Under the pieces are notes generated by a model. The model was not told where the DNA came from, ran no database searches, and saw only the letters and a program-made list of their open reading frames with translations. Shown in pieces: positions 30,179 to 40,276 of a DNA stretch of 64,000 nucleotides. The stretch's first letter is position 1. The number at the start of each line of letters is the position of its first letter. This DNA is from an uncultured virus (IMG/VR IMGVR_UViG_3300043496_000149) (taxonomy: Duplodnaviria; Heunggongvirae; Uroviricota; Caudoviricetes): the IMG/VR virus record IMGVR_UViG_3300043496_000149. The stretch is one strand, 5' to 3'. The position numbers and the translations under genes are program-made.

Positions 30179-30711
30179 GTTTCCAAAATATTAGTTCTAT
30201 GAAGTTAAAACCTTCAGAACATCAATCCGAACCAGGACAGAACGAAATACATACTTATTGGACCATTATCCATACCAAATTAGACGGAACTCAAAGAGTA
30301 TTAGCTGACAATGTTCATAATGTATTCCCATCAGCATGTATTGATAAGATCCATAAAATGGCCTTTATCGATACAACTGCTACTGAAGTTGGATTCAACT
30401 TTATTGGTCTAACAGCAGATACAGGACAAACAATCAACGCTGCTCAAACAACTTTGACAGGTGAGATTTCTACTAATGGTTTAGGTAGAGTTGCTGCAGG
30501 CACCAAAACACATACAAACGGAACAAATACCTCATTGGTAGAACATACCTTCACTTTATCTGGTTCACAATCTGATATCACCAGAGCAGCATTGTTTAAT
30601 GCAGTATCATCAGGTACTATGGGACCGTTCGCAGCATTCTCTAATGGAGCCACCGGCGCAATGGTAAGTGGCGAAACTGTGAAGGTATCAATAACCATAA
30701 CCACAAGTTAG
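30175..30711 (+). CDS. Putative tail structural protein
   Basis: 178 aa T/G/A-rich; TLTGEI...GLGRVA, RAALFNAVSSGTM pattern seen in phage tail proteins. Confidence 0.6.
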   Translation: MSFQNISSMKLKPSEHQSEPGQNEIHTYWTIIHTKLDGTQRVLADNVHNVFPSACIDKIHKMAFIDTTATEVGFNFIGLTADTGQTINAAQTTLTGEISTNGLGRVAAGTKTHTNGTNTSLVEHTFTLSGSQSDITRAALFNAVSSGTMGPFAAFSNGATGAMVSGETVKVSITITTS

Positions 30712-30797
30712 TAACAACAACTACTCCAACCCTTTTCTTTTTTTACCCTTATTAAATTCTTTAATTCTACGCTTAGTTAATAATACTAGATCTACAC

Positions 30798-33700
30798 TTG
30801 GCTACTAAACTATACTTTCATGCTGCTTCAAGTTCAGTATCAGGAACATTACCTACTACTGAACAAAGTAGTTTAACCGCTCAGCGAAACTTTGATGCTC
30901 AAACAGTAAACAGGTCCATGGATACCTCTATAGGCTCTAGTCAAACATCTGTACAATTCACAACTGCTGTTTCGAATGGTGATAACCTCTATTTTACAAA
31001 GTTCGTCTCTCAAACCTTAGATGTTGGTCAAACGGTAAGTGCTAACACATGGGACTATAATTTTTCCACATCACAATCCGCCACTGGATGTAATTTTCCT
31101 GTTGCCACTACTGGTTCTGCACGTGTTAATATCTATGTCTGGAGACCATCCACTGGAGCACTGATAGGTACAATCTTAGATGGTAATACCTCAGGTACGA
31201 CTATAACTGAACCGGCTGCAAACACTCAGAAGAATCATGTTACCACGTTTTCGGGTTCATCAGTAACAGCACAAGCAGGTGATGTTATAATATTAGAAGC
31301 ATGGCAGGCATCTATTTCAGGTGCTACTACAGGTACAAGAAGATTTTTCTTTGATGGGACTACTGAAAACAACACAAATAACACAACCGTATCTAACCAT
31401 GCTTCCTATATACAAACACCACAGACTATAACATTCGGTAGTGGATTAAGAAACCTTACAGCTACTATAGGTGATAGTTTGACGCTTAGTGAATCCATAC
31501 CGAGATCTAGATTATTACTACAGACTGGTAGTGATTCTATTACACTTACGGATGCTGAAAATAGACTTCGATTATTACTACAGACGGTGCCTTCAGAAGG
31601 GTTTAGTATCGCTGCAGGGAGTCCTGTTAACCTTAGAGGGTTGTTACAACTTCGAGCTGATAGTTTAACAATTTCTCATACTACCTCATATACCAACAGA
31701 GCCAAATTAAGAGCCTTTAGTCAGTCATTAGCACTTTCTGAATCTATACCAAAAATGACTACTCGACTAAGAACAATTGCTCAGAGTTTAACATTATCTG
31801 ATAGTATAAATAAATACAGATTATTACTTCAGACCATTTCTGATACAGTATACTTATTTGATTACTTTACAGGAAGACCGACTCATAGGGTAAGATTAAT
31901 TTCTCAATCACTAACACTTTCTGAATCAATTCCAAAGATAACTACCAGATTAAGAACGATTGCTGATAGTTTGACATTAACTCATACATCTACTAATAGA
32001 CTTCGAATGTTAATACAATTATTAAGTGAATCCATAACACTTAGTTCGGCTCATACTAGACTAACTGCTAGACTAAAGACTATTTCACAATCCCTTGGAC
32101 TAACTGAATCCATATCAAGACTACAAACGGTACTTAGGACGGTTTCTGATACAATAGGATTGTCCGAATCAGTGGGTAGGCTAAGAGGTAAAGCAAGAAC
32201 TCTTTCTTCGTCAGTGGGACTTTCTCATGGTCTTTCATGGTTTACTACTAGGATTAGAATGATTTCTCATGATATAAGTATTAGTAGTGATACGGTGCGT
32301 ACACGATATAGACCGGTCTCCTTTACTGATTCAATAACCCTTGCCCATACCACAAATATACTAAGAAATAAGCTTAAATCAATCTCTCAATTAATAACAC
32401 TTTCTGAAGCGGTCTCCAGATTAAGAAGTTTTAACAGACTGGTTTCAGATAGTTTGGGTCCGTTTACAGATTCTATACAACGATTGAGAGGTAAGGTTAG
32501 GACTACTTCCGATTCCTTCACTCTGACCTCAACTATACAAATGATACGATCAAGGCTCCGATTATTAGACCAATCACTAAACCTATCACATAACTTTTCA
32601 AGTCAAACATCACGACTCAGAGGATTTGCTAACTCACTGATATTTAATCATTTGTTTACTACTGGAAGTGCAAAGGTAAAAGAAATCTACGAGACTTTAG
32701 AATTTATAGATTCTATCAATGATTTGAGAAATAAAATAAGAACTATACCTACCGAATCTTTCTCATTGACCGATAGTTTAGAACGATTCCGATTAAGATT
32801 GACAGCAATATCCCACTCACTATCCCTAACAGATAGCTTAACACGTCAAACAACAAGACTAAGACAATTTACTAATAATTTGAACCTTTCTGAACTGGTA
32901 GAGAAAGGGGGTGCTAATTTGGTGAGAAGTATATCTGATTCATTAGATTTTTCCCATACAACCAACAGATTAACAAATAGAATCAGGACTAGTTCGGATT
33001 CTTTGGCCTTAGATAGCCTTCTTTTGAAATCACGATCATTACTACGGTCCATAAACCAATCAATATCATTAGTGGAAAGTATAACACGTCAAACAACAAG
33101 ACTGAGAGCGTTTACACAGAATTTGAACTTTACTGATTTAGTAGAGAAGGGAGGTGCTAATTTGGTGAAAACAATATCAGAGACTTTAGACTTTGTAAGC
33201 ACCACAACAAGGTCTACCACAAGACTACGAACTATATCAGATTCTATTTCCTTATCTGAATCAATTTCAAGACTTTCTACCAGATTAAGAATATTATCCC
33301 ATTCATTAAGTTTGTCAGATAGTATTAGTAAATCAACAGAATTTGTAAAGACTATTAGCCATGCTCTTTCTTTCTCAGACGCCAGTTCTCGATCTGTAAA
33401 TCGGTTAAGGTTTTATCTAAATTCTTTATCTTTTTCCTCTGACCATACAAGACTGACAACAAGACTAAGACTGATAACCCAAGGATTAACTCTATCCCAT
33501 ACAACTATACAAGATGCACTGAGTTCTGTAATAAAAACTATATCTGAAGAATTGAGTTTTAGTGACGGTGCTCAAAGGGTAAAAGGACAGCTCAAGACCG
33601 TCTCTGAGAGTTTATCACTTACAGCTAATATTCTCAAGAGCAGACCTCATCGGATAAAGACGATAAACCAGGCACTAAACTTATCAGATTCTACATCAAG

Positions 33701-33836
33701 ATTGAGGTTATTAATATTCAGAGGTTTTAGTCAAAATCTGGGTCTTTCAAGCACCGTATTCAAGTCTATAAAATCAGTAATAAAACAATTCACAATAAAA
33801 ATCAAAAGGTATAAATTGTTTAGATATTCACCATAA
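30798..33836 (+). CDS. Long repetitive virion protein (N-terminal globular domain plus ~20-aa S/T/R/L repeats)
   Basis: Dozens of RLRTISxSLxLSxSI-type units. Confidence 0.7.
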   Translation: MATKLYFHAASSSVSGTLPTTEQSSLTAQRNFDAQTVNRSMDTSIGSSQTSVQFTTAVSNGDNLYFTKFVSQTLDVGQTVSANTWDYNFSTSQSATGCNFPVATTGSARVNIYVWRPSTGALIGTILDGNTSGTTITEPAANTQKNHVTTFSGSSVTAQAGDVIILEAWQASISGATTGTRRFFFDGTTENNTNNTTVSNHASYIQTPQTITFGSGLRNLTATIGDSLTLSESIPRSRLLLQTGSDSITLTDAENRLRLLLQTVPSEGFSIAAGSPVNLRGLLQLRADSLTISHTTSYTNRAKLRAFSQSLALSESIPKMTTRLRTIAQSLTLSDSINKYRLLLQTISDTVYLFDYFTGRPTHRVRLISQSLTLSESIPKITTRLRTIADSLTLTHTSTNRLRMLIQLLSESITLSSAHTRLTARLKTISQSLGLTESISRLQTVLRTVSDTIGLSESVGRLRGKARTLSSSVGLSHGLSWFTTRIRMISHDISISSDTVRTRYRPVSFTDSITLAHTTNILRNKLKSISQLITLSEAVSRLRSFNRLVSDSLGPFTDSIQRLRGKVRTTSDSFTLTSTIQMIRSRLRLLDQSLNLSHNFSSQTSRLRGFANSLIFNHLFTTGSAKVKEIYETLEFIDSINDLRNKIRTIPTESFSLTDSLERFRLRLTAISHSLSLTDSLTRQTTRLRQFTNNLNLSELVEKGGANLVRSISDSLDFSHTTNRLTNRIRTSSDSLALDSLLLKSRSLLRSINQSISLVESITRQTTRLRAFTQNLNFTDLVEKGGANLVKTISETLDFVSTTTRSTTRLRTISDSISLSESISRLSTRLRILSHSLSLSDSISKSTEFVKTISHALSFSDASSRSVNRLRFYLNSLSFSSDHTRLTTRLRLITQGLTLSHTTIQDALSSVIKTISEELSFSDGAQRVKGQLKTVSESLSLTANILKSRPHRIKTINQALNLSDSTSRLRLLIFRGFSQNLGLSSTVFKSIKSVIKQFTIKIKRYKLFRYSP

Positions 33837-33889
33837 CCACAAAACCCTACCAAATTTTAATATAATAAAAAAACTATATTATTATTACA

Positions 33890-34069
33890 ATGAGTACAGA
33901 AGGAAACAATAATCAAGAACTTATTACAAAACTAACCAGAGAAGCAGAACAACTTGAAGCAAAAGCAGCAAATGAAAACACACCACAAAAGAAACAAGCA
34001 TTGTTAGACAAAGCAGCAGAATTCAGAGCACAAATCGCTCAATTAGAAGCAGGCCAAGGCGGAGCTTAA
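33890..34069 (+). CDS. Small helical protein (59 aa, not in ORF track)
   Basis: MSTEGNNNQELITKLTREAEQLEAKAANENTPQKKQALLDKAAEFRAQIAQLEAGQGGA; preceded by an AT-rich promoter-like region and followed by a T-tract. Confidence 0.6.
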   Translation: MSTEGNNNQELITKLTREAEQLEAKAANENTPQKKQALLDKAAEFRAQIAQLEAGQGGA

Positions 34070-34093
34070 CCTCCACCCCCTATTTATTTTTTA

Positions 34094-36799
34094 TTAGGCT
34101 ACACTACAACTAGCATAACCGCATTTTTTACAGCTACTACATCCCCCTTCTAAGATTAGGGTTAGTTCTTTACAATTAGGGCATTCATCTCCTTTCTCTA
34201 GATATTGAGATGTTTTACCTGCATGAATTGTTAGGTCTACCATGAGTTTTTCTGATGTTTTATCTCTGATGTAATTCATACCGAATCTGGATGGTTTTAT
34301 GTTCTTTTCTACTTGGTTTTTGGTTGGTGCTTGGACGACTGCGACAGTTCCAGGCGTATCTTTCTGGACATTTTGTTCGTTCTTGTTTGACTGTACATTA
34401 CTCCCGACGTGAAGTACTTGCTCGTTTCTAGAACCGTCTCTAAAAAGAGCAATTCCCTTGAGACCAAGCTCATGAGCGAGTATGTAGGCGTTTTTGACAT
34501 CATCCACAGTGACATTATATGGCATATTAATTGTCTTGCTTATACTGTTATCAATCCAGTTTTGCCACACAGATTGTGCCACGACATGATCTATCCAATG
34601 TAGGTCCATTGCTGTAAGGAATACCTTTTGAATTTCTTTAGGAATCTCATCAATACCCTGACATGAACCATAGTTCTTTTCTACCTTTTCTAAGAGTTCT
34701 TGAGAATAAATACCTGTATCTATGAGTGCTTTTTTGAATAGATCAGAAGTGTAATAATATTTACCTGCTGTGGTGATTTTGGAGAAAACAAGAGAGAATA
34801 TTGGTTCAAGACCAGAAGAACAGTCTGCTATCATACTAATTGTTCCAGTGGGTGCTATGGTTGTAGTCCACATATTTCTTATTCCGAATTTTTCTAGTTT
34901 TTCAGTATATTCGGTGCCTAGAGCAATATACATTTCATTTTGGTTATTATATGTTCTAGTCACTGCATCTATAGCAAATTGTCCTAATTCATTGTTTTCT
35001 AAGACCTTATCATACCAATAGCAACTACCTCTCTCTTCTGCTAGGTCGATTGAAGTTTTTACAGATTCAATATACAAAGTCTTTGAGAGTTCTTCCATCA
35101 TCAAGAATCCTTCCTGAGAATTATATGGAATCTTGAGTAAGAAGAATAAATCTGCTAGACCCATAATACCAAGTCCTATTCTCTTGCTCTTATCGCTCTC
35201 TTCAGCGATATGCTCTGTTGGATATTGGTTGATTTCTAGGACATCGTTAAGGAATCTGGTTGTTTCATGAATGATATTGACATATTGATCCCAATCAAAT
35301 GTTCCATCTTCTCTTACTAATTTTGCTAGATTGATAGAACCAAGAGTACAGCTTTCTCCATCATACATGAATTGTTCAGCACATGGGTTACAGATATCAA
35401 TATCTCCTTTGATGGTGCGTAAAGGATTAGCTTTGTTGGCATTATCCTTGAAAGCAACACCAGGTTCTGCTGAAGACCATGCTGAAACTGCTATATTTTC
35501 TATTAAAGATCTTGCAGACATGGTACCATAGGCCTTGTTATCGAATTTCAGTTCAAAATCAGTGCTATCATTGTAATGATTCCAGAACTTATCATCAAAC
35601 ATGACAGAAACATTAAAGTTTTCTAAAAAGCCAGGAGTTTTCTTCATGGTTATAAATTCCATGATTTGTGGATGCCAGTATTCCATCAGTCCCATGTTAG
35701 CACCTCTTCTCTTACCACCAGACTTTACTTCATTGGTGGCTGCATCAATCATCTTTAAGACTAGAGATATTGGACCGCTTGCAGCACCAAACGTACTTCC
35801 TATATTAGCACCTTGTGGTCTGATATGGCTTATGTTAACTCCAAGGCCTCCAGCGCCCTGAAAAATCATAGCAGAATCATGCCATATCATACCTATGGAA
35901 TGCATTGTATCATCTATTCCTAATGTGAAACATGCTGAACATTTTCCTGATGCAGTGCCTGCATTCATAAGAGTAGGAGTATTTGGTTCAAAAATACCTT
36001 GATACATATACTGGAAATATTTTCTATAAAGATCTTGATATTTCTTAGACATAGTATAATCAGGATAAGCAAGATCCCAAACTTTATATGAAAATTCTTG
36101 GAAGTTATATTTCATTTTATGTTCATTATTCAGCTTTTTATAAATTCTAAATAATAATTCTATTTTTATTTGTGCAAAACTTCTATAACCTAACTGAAAT
36201 ATTTTTTTTTCATTATATTCTTTAAGATCATGAATTTGTTGTTTCCCTTCTCTATCATAAACTTCAGGATCATAGACAACGGACCCTAATACAACATGAG
36301 AAGCAATACGATCGAACCAACCAGTCATACTTTCAACTATATCCCCTGTCTTCATATCACGTTGGAGATATCTATTGGCTGCTATCTGGATCTGATTGAC
36401 TGAGAAGTCATTTAATTCACCTCGAGCATAATCTGGGTCGGTGACTAGACGGGTACCTAGAAGGTTTACTTTTTCTGAATGGATTCTGTTTTTTTCAAAT
36501 CTATTGGCAATATATTTCTGAAGAACTTCATATTCCTTGTTCTTTAGAAGATAAGTTTCAATAATATCATTGATATAATGAGTAGAAGTGGTGTTTTTCT
36601 TTTCAATTCGTTCAAGCACCGTATCAAGAATAATTTGTCTCAATTCATCATTTCCACCCAGGGATTGGACAATAGCAAATTCAAGTTTTTTAAGGTCAAA
36701 AGGTTCAGAGGTACCTGAAGATTTAATTATAGTTTTTGGAAGTTTTATTTTCTCTTCCTCGGTGCTCAACGTTTGTGCCATATTATAGATACTAGACAT
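34094..36799 (-). CDS. nrdJ: Class II (adenosylcobalamin-dependent) ribonucleotide reductase with ATP cone and C-terminal Zn ribbon
   Basis: PNTPTLMNAG, SACF, GGKRRGANM, EPG, CNPCAEQ, RIGLGIMGLAD, TIAPTGTIS, SISKTIN, CPNC...EGGC..C..CG; no small subunit nearby. Confidence 0.92.
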   Translation of the reverse strand: MSSIYNMAQTLSTEEEKIKLPKTIIKSSGTSEPFDLKKLEFAIVQSLGGNDELRQIILDTVLERIEKKNTTSTHYINDIIETYLLKNKEYEVLQKYIANRFEKNRIHSEKVNLLGTRLVTDPDYARGELNDFSVNQIQIAANRYLQRDMKTGDIVESMTGWFDRIASHVVLGSVVYDPEVYDREGKQQIHDLKEYNEKKIFQLGYRSFAQIKIELLFRIYKKLNNEHKMKYNFQEFSYKVWDLAYPDYTMSKKYQDLYRKYFQYMYQGIFEPNTPTLMNAGTASGKCSACFTLGIDDTMHSIGMIWHDSAMIFQGAGGLGVNISHIRPQGANIGSTFGAASGPISLVLKMIDAATNEVKSGGKRRGANMGLMEYWHPQIMEFITMKKTPGFLENFNVSVMFDDKFWNHYNDSTDFELKFDNKAYGTMSARSLIENIAVSAWSSAEPGVAFKDNANKANPLRTIKGDIDICNPCAEQFMYDGESCTLGSINLAKLVREDGTFDWDQYVNIIHETTRFLNDVLEINQYPTEHIAEESDKSKRIGLGIMGLADLFFLLKIPYNSQEGFLMMEELSKTLYIESVKTSIDLAEERGSCYWYDKVLENNELGQFAIDAVTRTYNNQNEMYIALGTEYTEKLEKFGIRNMWTTTIAPTGTISMIADCSSGLEPIFSLVFSKITTAGKYYYTSDLFKKALIDTGIYSQELLEKVEKNYGSCQGIDEIPKEIQKVFLTAMDLHWIDHVVAQSVWQNWIDNSISKTINMPYNVTVDDVKNAYILAHELGLKGIALFRDGSRNEQVLHVGSNVQSNKNEQNVQKDTPGTVAVVQAPTKNQVEKNIKPSRFGMNYIRDKTSEKLMVDLTIHAGKTSQYLEKGDECPNCKELTLILEGGCSSCKKCGYASCSVA

Positions 36800-36950
36800 G
36801 AACTAGAGGATTAATATGTTTTGCTAGGTTGATGTTTTTGGTATCATGGTGATAAATCATATAAGATTTTATGTCTTAGACACATTGGGAATCTTTTGTC
36901 ATGGGTCCAATGATGACCCTCATGTTGTTTTGAGGTACAGGCTGAACATC

Positions 36951-37145
36951 TCATGATTTTTCCTCATCCAATATCGTAATTGCAAAACCAATAATGATCA
37001 GCAATGATATGACAAAACCTATCACATTTAATACAGGTGCAATAACAAATAGACTTGGTAACATTACTATCCAAAAAGCAAATGATATCAATATTGCGGC
37101 TATAGCACCAATGACTACTACAGCAACTAATGCTGACGCTTTCAT
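36951..37145 (-). CDS. Small two-TM membrane protein
   Basis: Two hydrophobic stretches in 64 aa. Confidence 0.6.
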   Translation of the reverse strand: MKASALVAVVVIGAIAAILISFAFWIVMLPSLFVIAPVLNVIGFVISLLIIIGFAITILDEEKS

Positions 37146-37199
37146 AATATAGAACCCCTTAGACTATCAGATATATTATTTTTTTGAAAAAGAAAGGTC

Positions 37200-37689
37200 C
37201 CTAGGTCTCAAAAAGAGGCCTGTTTTTGGTCTCCTAAAAAGGAAAATAGTGTTACTAATAATACTAATATATTCTTTCTTCTTCTTCTCCTACCTCTTCT
37301 TTTTTCTTCATTTGAGAATAGAGAGATAGATATACATAGAGATATAGATAGAATGGGAATATAAAGGTTGTGCTCAGATAGGTGATGTATTTTGTACACC
37401 ACAGTGTCTAAAAATACCCTGTTTTTTCCATAAAATCGTTACCAACTTTTACGTTAGGGGTGTTTTTGTGGCACAATATACACTGTATTTTCCATGTAAA
37501 AATAGATGTTTTGTGCTCAAATATTTCTAAAAATGTATTTTGTACACCAGTTTTTTCTAAAACCCAACTGATTTCCTCGTCAAACTGAGTTTTTGAAGTA
37601 ACGGGTGTCTTTTTGTACAAAAATAAAAATCGCCCCCCGCAATAGACAAATATATACACTTTTATGTCCACTGGAACTTTTTAGCAACC
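37200..37689. repeat. Intergenic region with repeated TTGTRC(A/T)C elements and purine/pyrimidine tracts
   Basis: TGTATTTTGTACACCA x2 (~37386, ~37535), TTGTGCTCA x2, palindrome TTTTTGTACAAAAA (~37611). Confidence 0.5.
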
Positions 37690-38154
37690 ATGTCAAAAGA
37701 TAAGAGGCAACGTATAGATGATAATGTTTCAGACACAGTTGTATTTCTTAAGAAATGGATATTCCTTGCAAAAAAGAAAAGACTAGATTTTTCAGGCACT
37801 GTTGACTATATAACACAATATTATATCAAATCAAATGACATAATAAAGAAAACAGATATAACCGAACAAGATATCAAAATCAATGACGATATATTGACTA
37901 AATATCGAGTGGACACCAACATACCTTCTGAATTAAGGGATGATATTAAGATTATTCAATATATGATGAATAAAGATAGGTCTAAAGAAGAGAAAAGACT
38001 TACAATGGATGATGTTATAAAAACTATAGTAGATAAATATATGGACCTATATCCTGATATTAAAAAGATAAAAATTGAGGATAAATTTCTTATTCAAAGA
38101 ATTAGATTAGAAGAGTTAAGTAGGAAAAGTATGGGATTAGGTATTGATGACTAA
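37690..38154 (+). CDS. Putative DNA-binding protein (two RHH-like units)
   Basis: R.RIDDNV...LDFSGTVDYI and RVDTNIPSELRDDI...LTMDDVIKTIV. Confidence 0.5.
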   Translation: MSKDKRQRIDDNVSDTVVFLKKWIFLAKKKRLDFSGTVDYITQYYIKSNDIIKKTDITEQDIKINDDILTKYRVDTNIPSELRDDIKIIQYMMNKDRSKEEKRLTMDDVIKTIVDKYMDLYPDIKKIKIEDKFLIQRIRLEELSRKSMGLGIDD

Positions 38155-38912
38155 CCAGTTGCCGCTGTTGCCGTGGATGGATCCGTCTCTGCCACTACAG
38201 ATGATTCGTTGGCTGTTTGGTTGGCTGGTGCTTGCGCTACTGCCTTTGGTTTCTGGTCGGTGCTTGCAGAAGGATTAACTACATGTGTTGGGGGTGGTGT
38301 TTTAACCACCATATGTTGTATCTGCTCTGATACACTGGAAGCATTTATGACCTGTGAACTTGGGATTGACATGTTTGGCATAGGTACATTATAATTTACA
38401 CTTGTAAATTTGGCAAGTTTGTTTATCTGTAATGCGTATTCCTCACCGAGTGTATTCTTCTCTAATGGATTATTAGTTGATTTAAGGTCTAGAATCTGTC
38501 TAAATGTTTTAGTATCATAAATATATGCTGAATTGAATATTTTATAATTAACTACTTCTAAGGTCATAATTATTTCAGTTATTTCCTGATTTTTCAGTCT
38601 AAGTTCGTCTTCTTTTCTCTTTAATTCTATTTCCTGTACTGTTAATTTGGTTTCCAAATCTTTCTTATCTTTCCTATCTTTAAAAAGTAAACCACCAGTA
38701 GCGGCTACTATACCACCTATAGTTACTGTATCTATCGGTAATGATGTTTGTTGTGCTGTAGTTGCTACCTGTTCTTTTAATACTTCATTGGCTCTTGAAC
38801 CTTCCTCTAAGACGGGGGGTATGACGGTGCTCGTAGATTGTTGACTATTAACATTTTCTGGTAGTATTAATAATAATGGGACTATTAATAATACTAAATA
38901 TAATGTCTTCAT
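38151..38912 (-). CDS. Signal-peptide/membrane coiled-coil protein
   Basis: MKTLYLVLLIVPLLLILP; second TM segment; low-complexity tail. Confidence 0.6.
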   Translation of the reverse strand: MKTLYLVLLIVPLLLILPENVNSQQSTSTVIPPVLEEGSRANEVLKEQVATTAQQTSLPIDTVTIGGIVAATGGLLFKDRKDKKDLETKLTVQEIELKRKEDELRLKNQEITEIIMTLEVVNYKIFNSAYIYDTKTFRQILDLKSTNNPLEKNTLGEEYALQINKLAKFTSVNYNVPMPNMSIPSSQVINASSVSEQIQHMVVKTPPPTHVVNPSASTDQKPKAVAQAPANQTANESSVVAETDPSTATAATG

Positions 38913-38967
38913 ATGTTAAGTGTTACTTAAGGATAGATATTAATATTCATGTCTCTTATTAGGATGA

Positions 38968-40173
38968 ATGAATAAAAAAGAAATTATTGAAGAGATAGAG
39001 AAAGATGTTTTAGAAAATAATAAAAAAGAAGATATTATAGTGCCTGAAGAATCTAATGATCATGAAGAAATAACTTCTAATAAGAAATTTGTTGATGAAG
39101 AAACTGGAGAAATATTAGAAGATACGGTGCCTGTAGAGGTAGAGATTAAAAAAGATGGTGGTGATAACGAAAGTAAAAATAAACTGATAACGATATCTGA
39201 GATCAAGGGTGTTGGAACTACTACTGTAAAAAAACTACAAGAGATAGGAATAGACAATATAGCAGACCTTGCTATCGCCAATGCATCATCCATACATGAA
39301 AAACTTGCAAGTAGTAAACATAGTAGGGCTTTTTGTGAGGAATTGGTGGTATATGCAGATAAATATCTATATGAATCAGGAATATTGAACAAACCACTTA
39401 TATCCTGTAAGGACATGAAAAACCAAACCCCAAGAGAACGTTTCAGCACCGGAGACGAAAAGATAGATACATGGTTTGGTGGTGGAATAGAAAGTAAAGC
39501 CGTAACAGAATTCTATGGTAAGTTTAGAAGTGGAAAAACACAGATTTGTTATTCTACAGCCGTAAAAGCAGCATCAGAGGGTAAAAAAGTAATGTATGTA
39601 GATACAGAAAATACATTTGATCCAATGAGAGTAGAAGAAATATGTAAAGTAAAAGGTTATGATGTTGACACAGTAGAAGAAAATATTCTGGTCATGCAGC
39701 CACAGGCATCAGCATTATTAACAAAAAATATGCAATTATTAGGAAAACATATCAGAGAAAATAATATAAAACTTGTCATAGTCGACTCCATTATAGCCTT
39801 ACATCGTGCAGAATTTCTTGGACGTGGAACCTTAGCAGATAGACAACAGAAATTGGCTGAAATTATATCTTTCTTGGTTAAAGGAGCAAAGAATTACGAT
39901 GTCGGTGTAATGATTACAAATCAGGTGATAGACTCCCCAGATCCGTTTAATCCAGGAGTTAAACCAACCGGTGGAAACATCATAGGTCATGGTTCTACGC
40001 ACCGTATCTATATGAAATCACAGGGAATGTCAAATGCATCCTCAAATACAAACAATTTGACTACAATGTTGATGGAAGATTCACCAAGATATGCCAGAAC
40101 AGAACTGACAATCCAGTTAGGAAAATGGGGTGTTAGATGGATAGATCCTTCAAAACCAATTCCTAAAGCTTAA
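38968..40173 (+). CDS. radA: RadA/Rad51-family recombinase with acidic N-terminal extension
   Basis: HhH IKGVG, STGDEKID..FGGGIE, Walker A YGKFRSGKTQ, YVDTENTF, VIVDSI, RGTLADRQQKL, TNQV, GGNIIGH. Confidence 0.93.
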   Translation: MNKKEIIEEIEKDVLENNKKEDIIVPEESNDHEEITSNKKFVDEETGEILEDTVPVEVEIKKDGGDNESKNKLITISEIKGVGTTTVKKLQEIGIDNIADLAIANASSIHEKLASSKHSRAFCEELVVYADKYLYESGILNKPLISCKDMKNQTPRERFSTGDEKIDTWFGGGIESKAVTEFYGKFRSGKTQICYSTAVKAASEGKKVMYVDTENTFDPMRVEEICKVKGYDVDTVEENILVMQPQASALLTKNMQLLGKHIRENNIKLVIVDSIIALHRAEFLGRGTLADRQQKLAEIISFLVKGAKNYDVGVMITNQVIDSPDPFNPGVKPTGGNIIGHGSTHRIYMKSQGMSNASSNTNNLTTMLMEDSPRYARTELTIQLGKWGVRWIDPSKPIPKA

Positions 40174-40276
40174 TTTTTTTCTAAATAACCAATATTTTAT
40201 TATAATAATACAATATACTATATCATATATTGAATAGTATAGAAAGGAGTTTGTTACTAAACTGACCAACGATAGA

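Noticed and set aside
28608..31440. Diversity-generating retroelement (template/variable repeat pair)
   Set aside because: Both copies are intact coding sequences with mostly synonymous differences that are not adenine-specific, and no reverse transcriptase is present.
37208..37671. Two minus-strand ORFs (64 and 87 aa)
   Set aside because: They translate low-complexity and repeat DNA; probably non-coding.
20844..40173. Inteins in MCM, NrdJ or RadA
   Set aside because: Lengths are normal and the motifs are contiguous; no C...HN-[CST] insertions were seen.
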